Shown: positions 45,661 to 55,992, numbered from the stretch's first letter. The stretch: DNA of 64,000 nt from Bacilli bacterium (GCA_017409905.1 JAFQRV010000008.1:6179-70178); one strand, 5' to 3'. Program-made: numbers and translations. Notes: generated from the sequence alone by a model not told the origin.

Positions 45661-47109
45661 TTATAAACTTTCTCCAAAGTCTTCTTTAAACTTCTTAACT
45701 AACTCTTCTTGCCAATTTCCAATTGGTTCTAAACGACCAATAAAGAAACGCATAACTTCTGGTTCTTCAACGAATCTTAGTCCACCAATTAAGTGTCTAT
45801 TTTCATATAACCAAGCGATTCGATCGGCAACAAAACGAATTTGAGATAGTGTAAATACTCTTCTTGGAAGAGCTAAACGAACTAGTTCACAAGCTGCGAT
45901 ATGTTCAGATCCATCAGGATTTTTTTCTTCACTTAATGTTCCTCTTTCCATACCTCTTGCACCACTAACAATATAGATAGCTGCCGCAAGTGCTGCTGCT
46001 TGATATTGTTCACCTGGAATATGACCCACGATTTCTCTAGCATTTAAGTGAATTCCAAGACCACCAGTTGGAGTTACAATTGGTACATTATATGAAGATA
46101 ATAAACGACCAAATTCTTTAATAAATTCTGGACCATGAGAAATCATATCCATATCAACTGCTTCTTCTAAACCAATCGCTACAGCTTCCATTTCTCTTGT
46201 AGACATACCACCATATGTTAAGAAACCTTCATAAATTGGAATTAAAACTTTCATTTGATCATATAAGTTCTTATCATCTACAACAATAGCGCCACCTTTA
46301 GCACTACCAAGTTTACGAGCTGAAAAATAAATGATATCTGCACAGTTACAAATTGCTAAAGCAATTTCCGCAATACTCATATCTTTACATTCTTCTTCTC
46401 TTGTCTTATTAAAATATAGATTATCTGTAATAAGTGAGGCATCAATCATTAATAAAATACCATATTTTTTACAAACACTAGATACTTCTTTAATGTTTGC
46501 TAAACTAATTGGTTGACCACCAATTAAGTTTGTTCCCATTTCTAAACGAACAAATGGCACATGTTCAGCCCCAACTTCTTCAATTAAAGCAATTAATTTT
46601 TGAATATCCATATTTCCTTTAAATGGATGATCACTTACTAACTTAACCGCTTCTTCTGTAAATAATTCTTCAACTCTACCACCACATAAATTAATATGTG
46701 TTTTTGTAGTTGTAAAGTGATAGTTCATTGGAACTACATCACCAGGTTTAACTAAAGTTTTTGCTAAAATATGTTCACATGCTCTTCCTTGGTGAGCAGG
46801 TAACATATATTGTTTTCCACAGAACTTTCTTACAGCCTCTTCTAAACGATAATATGTTGCACTACCAGCATATGAATCATCCGCAACCATCATTGCACCT
46901 AGTTGTCTATCACTCATTGCGTTAGTTCCGCTATCAGTTAACATATCTAAATAAACATCACTATTACGAAGTAAAAATGTATTATTTCCAGCTTCTTTAA
47001 TTGCTTCTAATCTTTTTTCAATTGGTAATAAATTAAGTTTTTGTACTATTCTTACCTTATGCATTTCTAAAGGTAAATTGTCTTCTTTAAAAAATTTAAT
47101 TCCTGCCAT
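45661..47109 (-). CDS. Beta-eliminating lyase family protein (tryptophanase / tyrosine phenol-lyase)
   Basis: 482 aa. DMLTDSGTNAMS, PAHQGRACEH and the PLP-lysine context FSARKLGSAKGG align with TnaA/TPL. Confidence 0.8.
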   Translation of the reverse strand: MAGIKFFKEDNLPLEMHKVRIVQKLNLLPIEKRLEAIKEAGNNTFLLRNSDVYLDMLTDSGTNAMSDRQLGAMMVADDSYAGSATYYRLEEAVRKFCGKQYMLPAHQGRACEHILAKTLVKPGDVVPMNYHFTTTKTHINLCGGRVEELFTEEAVKLVSDHPFKGNMDIQKLIALIEEVGAEHVPFVRLEMGTNLIGGQPISLANIKEVSSVCKKYGILLMIDASLITDNLYFNKTREEECKDMSIAEIALAICNCADIIYFSARKLGSAKGGAIVVDDKNLYDQMKVLIPIYEGFLTYGGMSTREMEAVAIGLEEAVDMDMISHGPEFIKEFGRLLSSYNVPIVTPTGGLGIHLNAREIVGHIPGEQYQAAALAAAIYIVSGARGMERGTLSEEKNPDGSEHIAACELVRLALPRRVFTLSQIRFVADRIAWLYENRHLIGGLRFVEEPEVMRFFIGRLEPIGNWQEELVKKFKEDFGESL

Positions 47110-47165
47110 ATTTACTAACCTCTTTTTTTAATAACTATTACTATTATATACCATTCGACTTTTTT

Positions 47166-48119
47166 TTACAAATTAAGAAGTAAATTATCTTTTAAAATAC
47201 TTGTATCAACTTTATTAATATTTGTTAAGAAAATTAGACAAATCTTTAAATCTATTGAAAATAAAAACAAAGTATTAGTTCCTATTGTATCTCCACAATG
47301 ATAATATATTTCTTTTCCATTGTGTTTAATAATTCTAATACCTAAACCATATTCATTATATTCTTCTTCATTTATATAATTAGGTATCTTCATATCAACA
47401 AAGTTTTCACTTTTTGACAAATACACTGCCCATTTCTTTAAATCATTAACAGAAGAATATAAGCCTCCATCCCCAATTGTTGCGCTACACCAATATTGGT
47501 CTTTTACTTTTAATATGTCATCTTCAATTATATGACCATATGCGCGATTTTTAATATTAGTAACTCCTTCAATATTTACTTTGGAATTATGCATTTTAGC
47601 TTTTTGAAAAATTTCTTCTTCAATAAAAGTACTAATATCTTTACTAGATACTTTTTCAATAATTAAACCTAGTAAAACATAAGCTGTATTACTATACTTA
47701 TATTTTGTACCTACTTTAAAATAAGTAGTATTGGTTTTCTTTAAAAAAGTTAAAATATCTTGATCTTTTATTTGTGTATCATCATGTTCCATATCTTCAT
47801 AATCATATATACCTGATGTATGATTAAGTAGATTCTTAATAGATATTTCATTAAAATAACTAGGTAATTCATTAAATATTTGACTTACCTTTGTATCATA
47901 ACTAATTAAACCTTGTTTTATTAACGATACAATACCATAAGCAATAAAATGTTTAGTAACCGATGCTAAACGAAAATTAGAATCAAATGTTATTGGATTA
48001 CTATTTTCTTCTTTTAAAACACCATTGGTTTTTTCTATAACCTTACCATTATTATAGTAATATAATGCATACCCTTGATCTTTATGAATAATTACATTTT
48101 TTAATAATTTTTCTAACAT
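47166..48119 (-). CDS. Serine hydrolase, beta-lactamase/PBP4*-like (class C fold)
   Basis: SxxK motif ASVTKHF and a YSN motif (KYKYSNTAY). ATG 48119 is preferred (GAGGTG upstream). Confidence 0.75.
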   Translation of the reverse strand: MLEKLLKNVIIHKDQGYALYYYNNGKVIEKTNGVLKEENSNPITFDSNFRLASVTKHFIAYGIVSLIKQGLISYDTKVSQIFNELPSYFNEISIKNLLNHTSGIYDYEDMEHDDTQIKDQDILTFLKKTNTTYFKVGTKYKYSNTAYVLLGLIIEKVSSKDISTFIEEEIFQKAKMHNSKVNIEGVTNIKNRAYGHIIEDDILKVKDQYWCSATIGDGGLYSSVNDLKKWAVYLSKSENFVDMKIPNYINEEEYNEYGLGIRIIKHNGKEIYYHCGDTIGTNTLFLFSIDLKICLIFLTNINKVDTSILKDNLLLNL

Positions 48120-48231
48120 ATTACACCTCATAATGTATTTATTATATCATAGGTTATTCTTTTTATCTACTTAATTATATTAATTGAATTATTTAGATTA
48201 TTTTGTTAAAATAATATAAGAGGTGATATAG

Positions 48232-49215
48232 ATGTTATTCTTAAAGTATCATTTGAAGAAATACCCGAAAATGACTAATCAAGATATTATTAAACTAATC
48301 TATCAAGAAACTTTAGGGCCTAATCATATTATTAGTGATCAAAATAGAGTCTTAAATTATCTTCAAAAAGAACTAGAAGAAAATCATAATTTAAATAATA
48401 ACTTATACGAATATATTGGAACTAATTATGTAAGAATGGATATTCATAAATATTATCAATATTTTAATTCTTTAGATTTATTTGTTGATTTATTTTTTAA
48501 ATCTTTAAGTCTTAATCAAGATTTAAGTTTATTAAAAGAAACTTTAAATAACTTTTTATCAAAAGAAGATTTAAAAGACTATAATTATTTACCAGTATCT
48601 CATTCAGATATTTATAGAAGTTCTTATTTACCTCATTACCGTATAATTAAGAGTTCTTTATTAACTATTGAACACAAAGTTATTCAATTAGATAATTATT
48701 TAAGTTTATTACCTAATAAAACTATTATTAGTCTAGAAGGTAGATGTGCTAGTGGGAAGTCTACTATTACTTCTAAATTAAAGCATAAATATACAGTTAT
48801 TCCAATTGATGACTTCTTCTTACCTATTAATTTAAAGACAAAAGAAAGACTTAATGAAATAGGTGGAAACATTAATTATGAACTAGTTAAAAAGATGCTA
48901 GTGGAGCTAAAACAGGCCTTAAAGCGCAATCTAGAAGTCTTTTCTTATTCTGCATTTGATTGTAGTAAACAAGAGTATTATACTAAAGAAATAATCTTAA
49001 AAGATAAAGTAATTTTAGAAGGGGTATATTCGGCATCTATATACTTTAGAGAATTAATTGATAAAATTGCTTATCTTTATGTTGATAAAGAAACTCAATT
49101 AAAAAGAATTAATAACAGAAGTTTAAAAGAAAAATTTATTAATGAATGGATTCCTTTAGAAGAAAAATATTTTGAACATATTTTAATTGAAGAAATCTCA
49201 GATATTATCATATAA
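48232..49215 (+). CDS. Two-domain protein: unknown N-terminal domain plus uridine-kinase/PRK-like P-loop domain
   Basis: Walker A LEGRCASGKST at about residue 170, in a PRK-like C-terminal half. The N-terminal ~160 aa (IKLIYQETLGPNHII...) is unassigned. RBS AAGAGGTGA. Confidence 0.55.
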   Translation: MLFLKYHLKKYPKMTNQDIIKLIYQETLGPNHIISDQNRVLNYLQKELEENHNLNNNLYEYIGTNYVRMDIHKYYQYFNSLDLFVDLFFKSLSLNQDLSLLKETLNNFLSKEDLKDYNYLPVSHSDIYRSSYLPHYRIIKSSLLTIEHKVIQLDNYLSLLPNKTIISLEGRCASGKSTITSKLKHKYTVIPIDDFFLPINLKTKERLNEIGGNINYELVKKMLVELKQALKRNLEVFSYSAFDCSKQEYYTKEIILKDKVILEGVYSASIYFRELIDKIAYLYVDKETQLKRINNRSLKEKFINEWIPLEEKYFEHILIEEISDIII

Positions 49216-49247
49216 AAAAAGTGGTAGAAATTCTACCACTTATTTTT
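49214..49247. terminator. Bidirectional terminator between the kinase-like gene and the 808-aa lipoprotein gene
   Basis: A7-AGTGGTAGAA-A-TTCTACCACT-TATTTTTT. Confidence 0.85.
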
Positions 49248-51673
49248 TATGCTTGTAAATCGTATAATTTAAATACAATACACATACCACTATAGTAAAT
49301 ACCAATATAATCACCAGTAAATAAATTATTAGTTGGATCCGTAATTGGATTACCTTGAGCATCTACTAAATATGTACCATTAAAGTAACCAAAACCATTG
49401 ATACCTTCAACTTTATCACCTTGGAATGTTGGAGCACCTAAAGTAAAAGTTTGATCTAAAACAGTTTGTAAATATGGATTAGTTGCACCAAAATCAAATA
49501 CTACATCATTATAAGTTAATGAACCTTGAACTTTTTCACCTGTAAATGATTGAGCATTACCTGATTTAATAATACTTACAAAGTTAAAGTATGAAATTGA
49601 TGGATCACTAGGATTTGGAGTTAAGAAAGTTTTACCATAGGCATTTAAGATTTGGTCTAATTGTTTAATTTGTGGAACAAGTATAGTTGCGTTAACTACA
49701 GAGAACCAACCTTCTGTACCTGCAACATATGAATCTAATGTACAATCAATAAATTCTGTATGAGCAATACTTTCATCTGCTTCTCCAGGTCTAACATGGT
49801 CTTGAATTAAAATTGGTCCACCAGCACCTTCAAATGTACAGTTTTTAACAGTAAATAATGGACTACCCCAGTTATATAAGAATGAGTTGAATGAATCATA
49901 AGATTTAGAATCTTCAACAGTCATTTGAGCTTTTGTAAGTTCTGGGAAGAAGGCAATAAATAATCCAGTAGATAATGTGTTTTTAACCATTGCTTCAGGT
50001 CCTTGTACTTGAACTAAAATTAATCCACCAGCTTTTTGTTTTTCTTCAACTTTAGGAGCATTTCCTAAGAATGAAATATTCTTAACATTAACTTTACCAG
50101 TTGCATCACCATTAAAGTGTAAGATTACAGAGTGACTAATTACTGTACCTTCTGCAGTAATATTATCATTTTCTCTTGTAACAAGAGGAAGAGTTGAAGT
50201 ATCCATATTGAAATAGTTACCGTATAAACCAAATTCTGCGCCAACTGCATGATGATGATATAAATTAACATAGTCTCTTAATGAACCTAATGTTCTAGCA
50301 TAATCAGAATGTGATGGTGATAAATCACTATCACCTTCATTATAGAAGAATTCTTTTGGAAGATCTTCTTTTGTAACTTTAATATTAGCATGTAAAATTA
50401 CATTTGCTGGATGATAATTTGCATCTAAATTATGTTCTTGTTTAAATGCAGCCCATTCTGCATATCCTTCAACATCACTTGGTCTATTTTCCACAAAAGC
50501 TAAATCAAGTGCAGTATATGCATTAAAGCCATCAACAACTTGACAATAATAAGTAACTACATATTTACCAATTTGATCAGCAGCTTGTTGTCTTGCTGTT
50601 AAATACATTGGAACGATTTCCACTTTTAATGATTTACCAACAGCAGCTTCACTAAAATTAATTGAACCACTTTCTTTATCAAAACTATCAACTAATAAAG
50701 CTTCTTCACTAACAGCTACATATTCTCCACCAACTAATTCATATAAATTATAAGTGAAATGCCATGCACCAGTATATGCATCAAAATCATCACCAGCTGC
50801 ATTTAATATACCTAATTCATAAATTGGTAATACTTTCCAACCATTGTCATCGCCAACCATGTATGGTTGTGTTCTATCAACATATTCAATTTCTTTATTT
50901 GTTTGTTCTTTAATATTATTATTATAAGCAACCCAATTTCTGTTTGCAGAAGTAGATAATACATAAACATATTGTTCCCATTTAGCATATAATACTAAAT
51001 CTTCATATACTTCTGTTGAGAAATCATATTTTTGAGTTAAAGCTTCATCAGTATACCAACCAGTTACTCTATGAGCAGTACTCTTTAATTCAGCAGGTGC
51101 AGTTGCAGTATTAGAATATACAACATTTTGTTGTTCTACTTCAAAACCAGCACCAGCATTAAATTCAACAGTAAATACTTCAGCAGTATCAACCCATTTT
51201 GCATATAAAGTTAAATCACTAGTAACTTGAGAATTAAAATCATATCTGTTTTCAAATTCAGCATCAAGATACCAACCCATTAAAGTTAATTCAGCATTTT
51301 CTACAGTAGGACGTTTTACAACTTCCCCTTCTTTAACTTCTACAGGTTCAACTACTGCATCACAATTTGTTTCAAATGCAACTGTAAATAATTCAGCCCA
51401 TTTTGCATAAATAATAATACTCTTATTTAATGCTGTATCGAATTTATATTCTTCAGTTAATTCAGCATCCTTATACCAACCAACAAATACACTGCCTTCT
51501 TTTTCAGGATCTTCTGGTTTTGTTGGAATAGCGCCTTTAACAACTTCCATTTGTGCAATTTCGCTTCCACCATTTGTTCTAAAAGTAATTCTATAAGATG
51601 AAGCTTGTCCTACACATCCAGTTGTCACTAAAGCTAATAAAACTAAAACAACTAATTTTTTTAATAATTTCAT
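49247..51673 (-). CDS. Large surface lipoprotein with three InlB B-repeat (Listeria-Bacteroides / Flg_new) modules and a ~570-aa unassigned C-terminal domain
   Basis: Lipobox LVTTGCVG. Three repeats ending in GWY.D..L...Y.F.......L.LYAKW. Confidence 0.75.
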   Translation of the reverse strand: MKLLKKLVVLVLLALVTTGCVGQASSYRITFRTNGGSEIAQMEVVKGAIPTKPEDPEKEGSVFVGWYKDAELTEEYKFDTALNKSIIIYAKWAELFTVAFETNCDAVVEPVEVKEGEVVKRPTVENAELTLMGWYLDAEFENRYDFNSQVTSDLTLYAKWVDTAEVFTVEFNAGAGFEVEQQNVVYSNTATAPAELKSTAHRVTGWYTDEALTQKYDFSTEVYEDLVLYAKWEQYVYVLSTSANRNWVAYNNNIKEQTNKEIEYVDRTQPYMVGDDNGWKVLPIYELGILNAAGDDFDAYTGAWHFTYNLYELVGGEYVAVSEEALLVDSFDKESGSINFSEAAVGKSLKVEIVPMYLTARQQAADQIGKYVVTYYCQVVDGFNAYTALDLAFVENRPSDVEGYAEWAAFKQEHNLDANYHPANVILHANIKVTKEDLPKEFFYNEGDSDLSPSHSDYARTLGSLRDYVNLYHHHAVGAEFGLYGNYFNMDTSTLPLVTRENDNITAEGTVISHSVILHFNGDATGKVNVKNISFLGNAPKVEEKQKAGGLILVQVQGPEAMVKNTLSTGLFIAFFPELTKAQMTVEDSKSYDSFNSFLYNWGSPLFTVKNCTFEGAGGPILIQDHVRPGEADESIAHTEFIDCTLDSYVAGTEGWFSVVNATILVPQIKQLDQILNAYGKTFLTPNPSDPSISYFNFVSIIKSGNAQSFTGEKVQGSLTYNDVVFDFGATNPYLQTVLDQTFTLGAPTFQGDKVEGINGFGYFNGTYLVDAQGNPITDPTNNLFTGDYIGIYYSGMCIVFKLYDLQA

Positions 51674-51690
51674 AATTAAATTCTCCTTTT

Positions 51691-52131
51691 TTACCCTAAT
51701 ATATCTTCTAAGCTTGGTTTACAAGTAATTTTAATTCTTAAAGATATATTGGAATTTCTATCTGTTGGAACGATTTCAATAAATGTCGTACCAGAATCTA
51801 ACATTTTGATAGTACATGTACCATCCCCATTTTCTACAAACTCAAATTTCTTTCCTAATTCATCACTATCATAGTCAAATCGTAGATTTGGATTAGTTGC
51901 ATTATCTGGTTCAACCTGGCATTTAATAACCACTTCTTGATTTTTTTGAACTGTAATAACTCCATCACAATATTCATCATTCTCAACAGCTACATATCCA
52001 TCTGTTATACATATTATTTTTTCTACATATACCTTTTCATTATAAACTTTTAAAGCTATTCCTAAAAATCCAACTACGACGATTGCTAGAATATATATTA
52101 TACTTATAGTTAAAATTACTGATTTTTTCAT
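51691..52131 (-). CDS. Membrane-anchored Big_2-like (bacterial Ig-like) domain protein
   Basis: 146 aa with an N-terminal TM segment. VEPDNATNPNLRFDYDSDE...GTTFIEIVP fits the Big_2 pattern. Confidence 0.6.
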   Translation of the reverse strand: MKKSVILTISIIYILAIVVVGFLGIALKVYNEKVYVEKIICITDGYVAVENDEYCDGVITVQKNQEVVIKCQVEPDNATNPNLRFDYDSDELGKKFEFVENGDGTCTIKMLDSGTTFIEIVPTDRNSNISLRIKITCKPSLEDILG

Positions 52132-52139
52132 ATTTTCAA

Positions 52140-53810
52140 CTACCCCTCATAATAATAAGCTTTAATCTTTTTAATAAACAATATTACACAACTTGTACAA
52201 TAAACTAAAGAAATAATCAACATTCTAATACATGCAGGTAAATAACTACCATGTTGTACACCTGATTCATCGAATAAAATGAATGCGATTACTGCATAAA
52301 CAAATGATAAGATAAATGCTAAAATAGTTGATTTATTTTCATTAGGATTATCGTTTACAACCCCAGTTGATGCATATTGTTCATTTTGTGGATTCATTAC
52401 ATCAAGTAAAGCACTATATATCATGTGCCCATAATGTAATAATAATATTGCAAAGCCAAGAATAATTATATTCCATGCATTAAATCCTACTGAATCGCCA
52501 AATATCCAAACAGTTATAAATACTGTAGGTATTGATAATATTAAGTTAAAGAACAATTTAGTAAACAGTGGATATAACGCGTATATTGGTTTAACTTTTT
52601 TCAAATATCCGGCTTTACCTTCACGACTGTAGTATGTCGCAACTAATGCATTAGATGCAAGCAATGGTAAACAAATAATTAAAATATTAAATGTAAAGAT
52701 TAATATTTCCCCTAAATATTTTAAGTCCATTGCCCCATATAAAGCATTTAGTAACAAAATAAGAATTGGAACAACTATATAAACCATTAAATAATTAATA
52801 GATATTGATATAGTTCTTAAATTAATTTTTAACTCTTTATTTACAAATGTAAAATATTTAGAATGTCTAACATTCTTATTATGACTTTGACGTGATTTAT
52901 TCACTTCAAAGTTTTTAGCCATTATACTAAAGAATAATGGTCTTGCAAGTAAATATACAAATGCTAATAATGCAAAATCGATAACTAATAATAGACCAAA
53001 CTTTAAAATAGTCATAATATTGATTACACAATCAGCATCAATACTTGCTTGTTCTCCAACAATAATTCTTATTAAGAATCGCATTGGTGGAAGATTAGCT
53101 TCTACATTAACTAAGAATTGATATAACCATTTCTTAATAGTAGGCCATTGATTAATTAAGTCAATCTTTTCAGGAATCAAATTAATTAATCGAACGATTG
53201 CTATAATAACTAAAGTTAATATAGAACCAAATAAGATAACTTGTAAAATTGAATATCTTTTAAAGAATTTATATACATACATTGTAGGTATTGATAAAAT
53301 TGCCCCTAATAATACAGGTATCGCAATTATCAATAGTAATGGAAACCACATCCATAAGAATGCAAATGGACTTGCACATCCTTTACTAACTAATAGTATT
53401 ACACTACCAAGCGTAATAGGTATTAAGAAACTTAAACTTCTTTTTATTTCATAGATATAAAATACAATTAATTTTGATAAGAAAATAATGTTACTATTTA
53501 CTGGAAATGTAATTAATACTCTATTATCTTCTGCAAAATATAAATTAAGCATTAAATCTTTTGTACAAGATATCAATGAAAGAATTAATGAAAATGTAAC
53601 AACTAAGATCATTATTCTTGGTGATTCACTATAATAAAAGATACCAATTACTTGACATAAATAAAGTACTACATAAGTGATAGCTGTTATAATCGCAAAT
53701 TTTAAAAAACCAAATAATAATGTTCTAAAAATATTCATTTTAGTTTTTGCCCAACTAAAATCAATTTTATTTCTTAGTTGCATCATTACTAGAGTCTTTA
53801 AGTTTTTCAT
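52140..53810 (-). CDS. Polytopic membrane protein, putative ABC exporter permease
   Basis: 556 aa with at least 12 hydrophobic segments. The start overlaps the stop of the upstream ABC ATPase fusion (TAATG). Confidence 0.6.
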   Translation of the reverse strand: MKNLKTLVMMQLRNKIDFSWAKTKMNIFRTLLFGFLKFAIITAITYVVLYLCQVIGIFYYSESPRIMILVVTFSLILSLISCTKDLMLNLYFAEDNRVLITFPVNSNIIFLSKLIVFYIYEIKRSLSFLIPITLGSVILLVSKGCASPFAFLWMWFPLLLIIAIPVLLGAILSIPTMYVYKFFKRYSILQVILFGSILTLVIIAIVRLINLIPEKIDLINQWPTIKKWLYQFLVNVEANLPPMRFLIRIIVGEQASIDADCVINIMTILKFGLLLVIDFALLAFVYLLARPLFFSIMAKNFEVNKSRQSHNKNVRHSKYFTFVNKELKINLRTISISINYLMVYIVVPILILLLNALYGAMDLKYLGEILIFTFNILIICLPLLASNALVATYYSREGKAGYLKKVKPIYALYPLFTKLFFNLILSIPTVFITVWIFGDSVGFNAWNIIILGFAILLLHYGHMIYSALLDVMNPQNEQYASTGVVNDNPNENKSTILAFILSFVYAVIAFILFDESGVQHGSYLPACIRMLIISLVYCTSCVILFIKKIKAYYYEG

Positions 53811-55930
53811 TAACTTCTTTCCTCTACAACTTCTTCATCAAATTGTTCAATTGTTTGCATGTAAAATTCTTCTAATGTTTTTCCTGTAGCTTCTATTTCT
53901 TCTAATGTTTTTACACAAAGAATTTGACCTTTTCTAATAATCGCAATTCTTTGACATAACTTTTCAACAATATCGATTAAGTGTGAACTAAAGAATACAA
54001 TATTACCTTCAGAGGCATGGATTCTCATACACTCTTTTACTTGGAAAATACTATTTGGATCAAGCCCAGTAAGCGGTTCATCTAAAATCCATACTTTAGG
54101 ATTATGTACTAAAGCTGACATAATAGTAATCTTTTGTTTCATACCATGAGAGTAAGTAGCAATCTTACTATCAATGGCATGTTCTAATTGGAAGATTTTA
54201 ATATATCTTTCTAATCTTTCATTTCTTTCTTCTTCTGTAACATTGAAGATATCCGCAATATAATTTATATATTCACGACCTGTTAATTTTTCATATAAAG
54301 CATAGTGGTCAGGAACATAACCAACATTGAATTTAGCTTTTGTTGGTTCTTTTGTTACATCATAACCACAAATCTCAATTGCACCTTCACTAAGTGGTTG
54401 TATACCAACAACTGATTTAATTATTGTTGATTTACCGGCACCATTTGGACCTAAGAAACCAAATATTTCACCACCGAACACTTCAAATGATGCATCTTTT
54501 ACAGAATAATGTTTATTAGTTCCATACTTCTTTGAGAAATGCTTTAATTCTAATTTTATCTCACCATTATTGTTCATCATTTCCTCCTTTTGTTCAGTAG
54601 ATAAATTTTTCAAATATTCTAATTTTTGTTGTTTGCTAACAACTAAACGTACATGTAAATCATAATGACTATCCGCAATTCTAAAGAATTCTGCATAAAT
54701 AAACCATTCAGCAAATCCTAATATTACATAAACGATAAAGAATAGAATTTGATAAATTGGTCTAAATACTAATTGATATCCCATAACATCTAAACTTACA
54801 TTAAATTCAAATAAATGTTCTGCCCATTTACCTAATTTATCAGCAATAAAATCTGAATTAATAAAGAAGAAATCGACATCATGTCCCATAGCTGTAAATA
54901 ACACATTACATACTAAAGCAATAACGAAATATGCAAAGAATCCAACCATTGAATAGTAAAACTCTTTAATTTTAGGACGTTTAAAGATTTTTAAAGCAAC
55001 TATTAGTAATGGCATAAAGAATGCAACCCAGTGATTATACCAGAATCTTATAAGCCCTGGATCAAATAAATTTGTCGAACTACTATAGTTAGGCATAAGC
55101 ATTGCGAACAATGCACCAAGTACGTTAATAAAATATGTAAAATAGAATAATTTTTTTAACTTAAATATTAAACAAAGGGGAATAATAAATAATGCAGTAT
55201 TACATAAATGAATTGGCCAAGACCATGGTTCTTTAAGACTAGCAAAATCATAACCAACCATAAAGCCAATTAAAACACCACAACTTACAAATACTAATGC
55301 AAATCTTCTTATAACTTCTTCTTTATCTCTTAATAAGAAATACATTACCATTGGTACAATAACACCTAAGTATAAGAAAATTCGATGTGCAAATGAAATA
55401 TCAATTACACTTATGATTGGATTTGCTAATCCAAAAGCAAACTTTAAAAAATATGTTGGCATAGTTGGTATCATCAATAATAACCAAATACCAATCATAA
55501 CTAAAATTGACTTAATAGTTACTTTTTCTTTTAGATCGATTATAAAATAATAACCCCATATTACAAAACCTAATAAGCATTCAATAAGCAACAATGTTTT
55601 AAATGCATTAAAATCAATAGTTCCAGTTAATAATACACTACATGAGTTAATATATAGTAAGTTTATAACATAAGTTATTGGAACAATAAATCTAGTAATA
55701 AATCTTAGACTCTTAATATTAAAGAAAGGTCTACATCCAAGAGTAAGTGTCGCGGTAAACTGAAACCATATCGCAAGTAAAGTAATTAAAGTAATACCTT
55801 TCGAATAAGGTGATGAGTCTAAACCTTCATAAGCATAAATACTATTATTATAAGAAAATATTCTTACAATTAAGATTAGCATCAACAAAATTGGCAATAT
55901 TCTTTCGAATATTATCTTTCGTATTTTCAT
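53810..55930 (-). CDS. Fusion: N-terminal ~440-aa polytopic membrane domain (YwaF/TIGR02206, TMEM164-like core) plus C-terminal ABC ATPase
   Basis: NBD: GPNGAGKST, SHGMKQK, WILDEPLTGLD, FSSH. Membrane part: WPIHLCNTALFIIPL...AMLMPN...FWYNHWVAF, paralogous to the stand-alone gene at 56161. Confidence 0.7.
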   Translation of the reverse strand: MKIRKIIFERILPILLMLILIVRIFSYNNSIYAYEGLDSSPYSKGITLITLLAIWFQFTATLTLGCRPFFNIKSLRFITRFIVPITYVINLLYINSCSVLLTGTIDFNAFKTLLLIECLLGFVIWGYYFIIDLKEKVTIKSILVMIGIWLLLMIPTMPTYFLKFAFGLANPIISVIDISFAHRIFLYLGVIVPMVMYFLLRDKEEVIRRFALVFVSCGVLIGFMVGYDFASLKEPWSWPIHLCNTALFIIPLCLIFKLKKLFYFTYFINVLGALFAMLMPNYSSSTNLFDPGLIRFWYNHWVAFFMPLLIVALKIFKRPKIKEFYYSMVGFFAYFVIALVCNVLFTAMGHDVDFFFINSDFIADKLGKWAEHLFEFNVSLDVMGYQLVFRPIYQILFFIVYVILGFAEWFIYAEFFRIADSHYDLHVRLVVSKQQKLEYLKNLSTEQKEEMMNNNGEIKLELKHFSKKYGTNKHYSVKDASFEVFGGEIFGFLGPNGAGKSTIIKSVVGIQPLSEGAIEICGYDVTKEPTKAKFNVGYVPDHYALYEKLTGREYINYIADIFNVTEEERNERLERYIKIFQLEHAIDSKIATYSHGMKQKITIMSALVHNPKVWILDEPLTGLDPNSIFQVKECMRIHASEGNIVFFSSHLIDIVEKLCQRIAIIRKGQILCVKTLEEIEATGKTLEEFYMQTIEQFDEEVVEERS

Positions 55931-55963
55931 ATTCCCACCTATTTACATAATATCTCAGTATAT

Positions 55964-55992
55964 ATTTTACAATTTATTAGTTTTTTTTTCAA
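55964..55992 (-). promoter_or_regulatory. Sigma-A promoter for the ABC-fusion operon
   Basis: On the - strand: TTGAAA, a 17-nt spacer, then TAAAAT. Confidence 0.6.
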
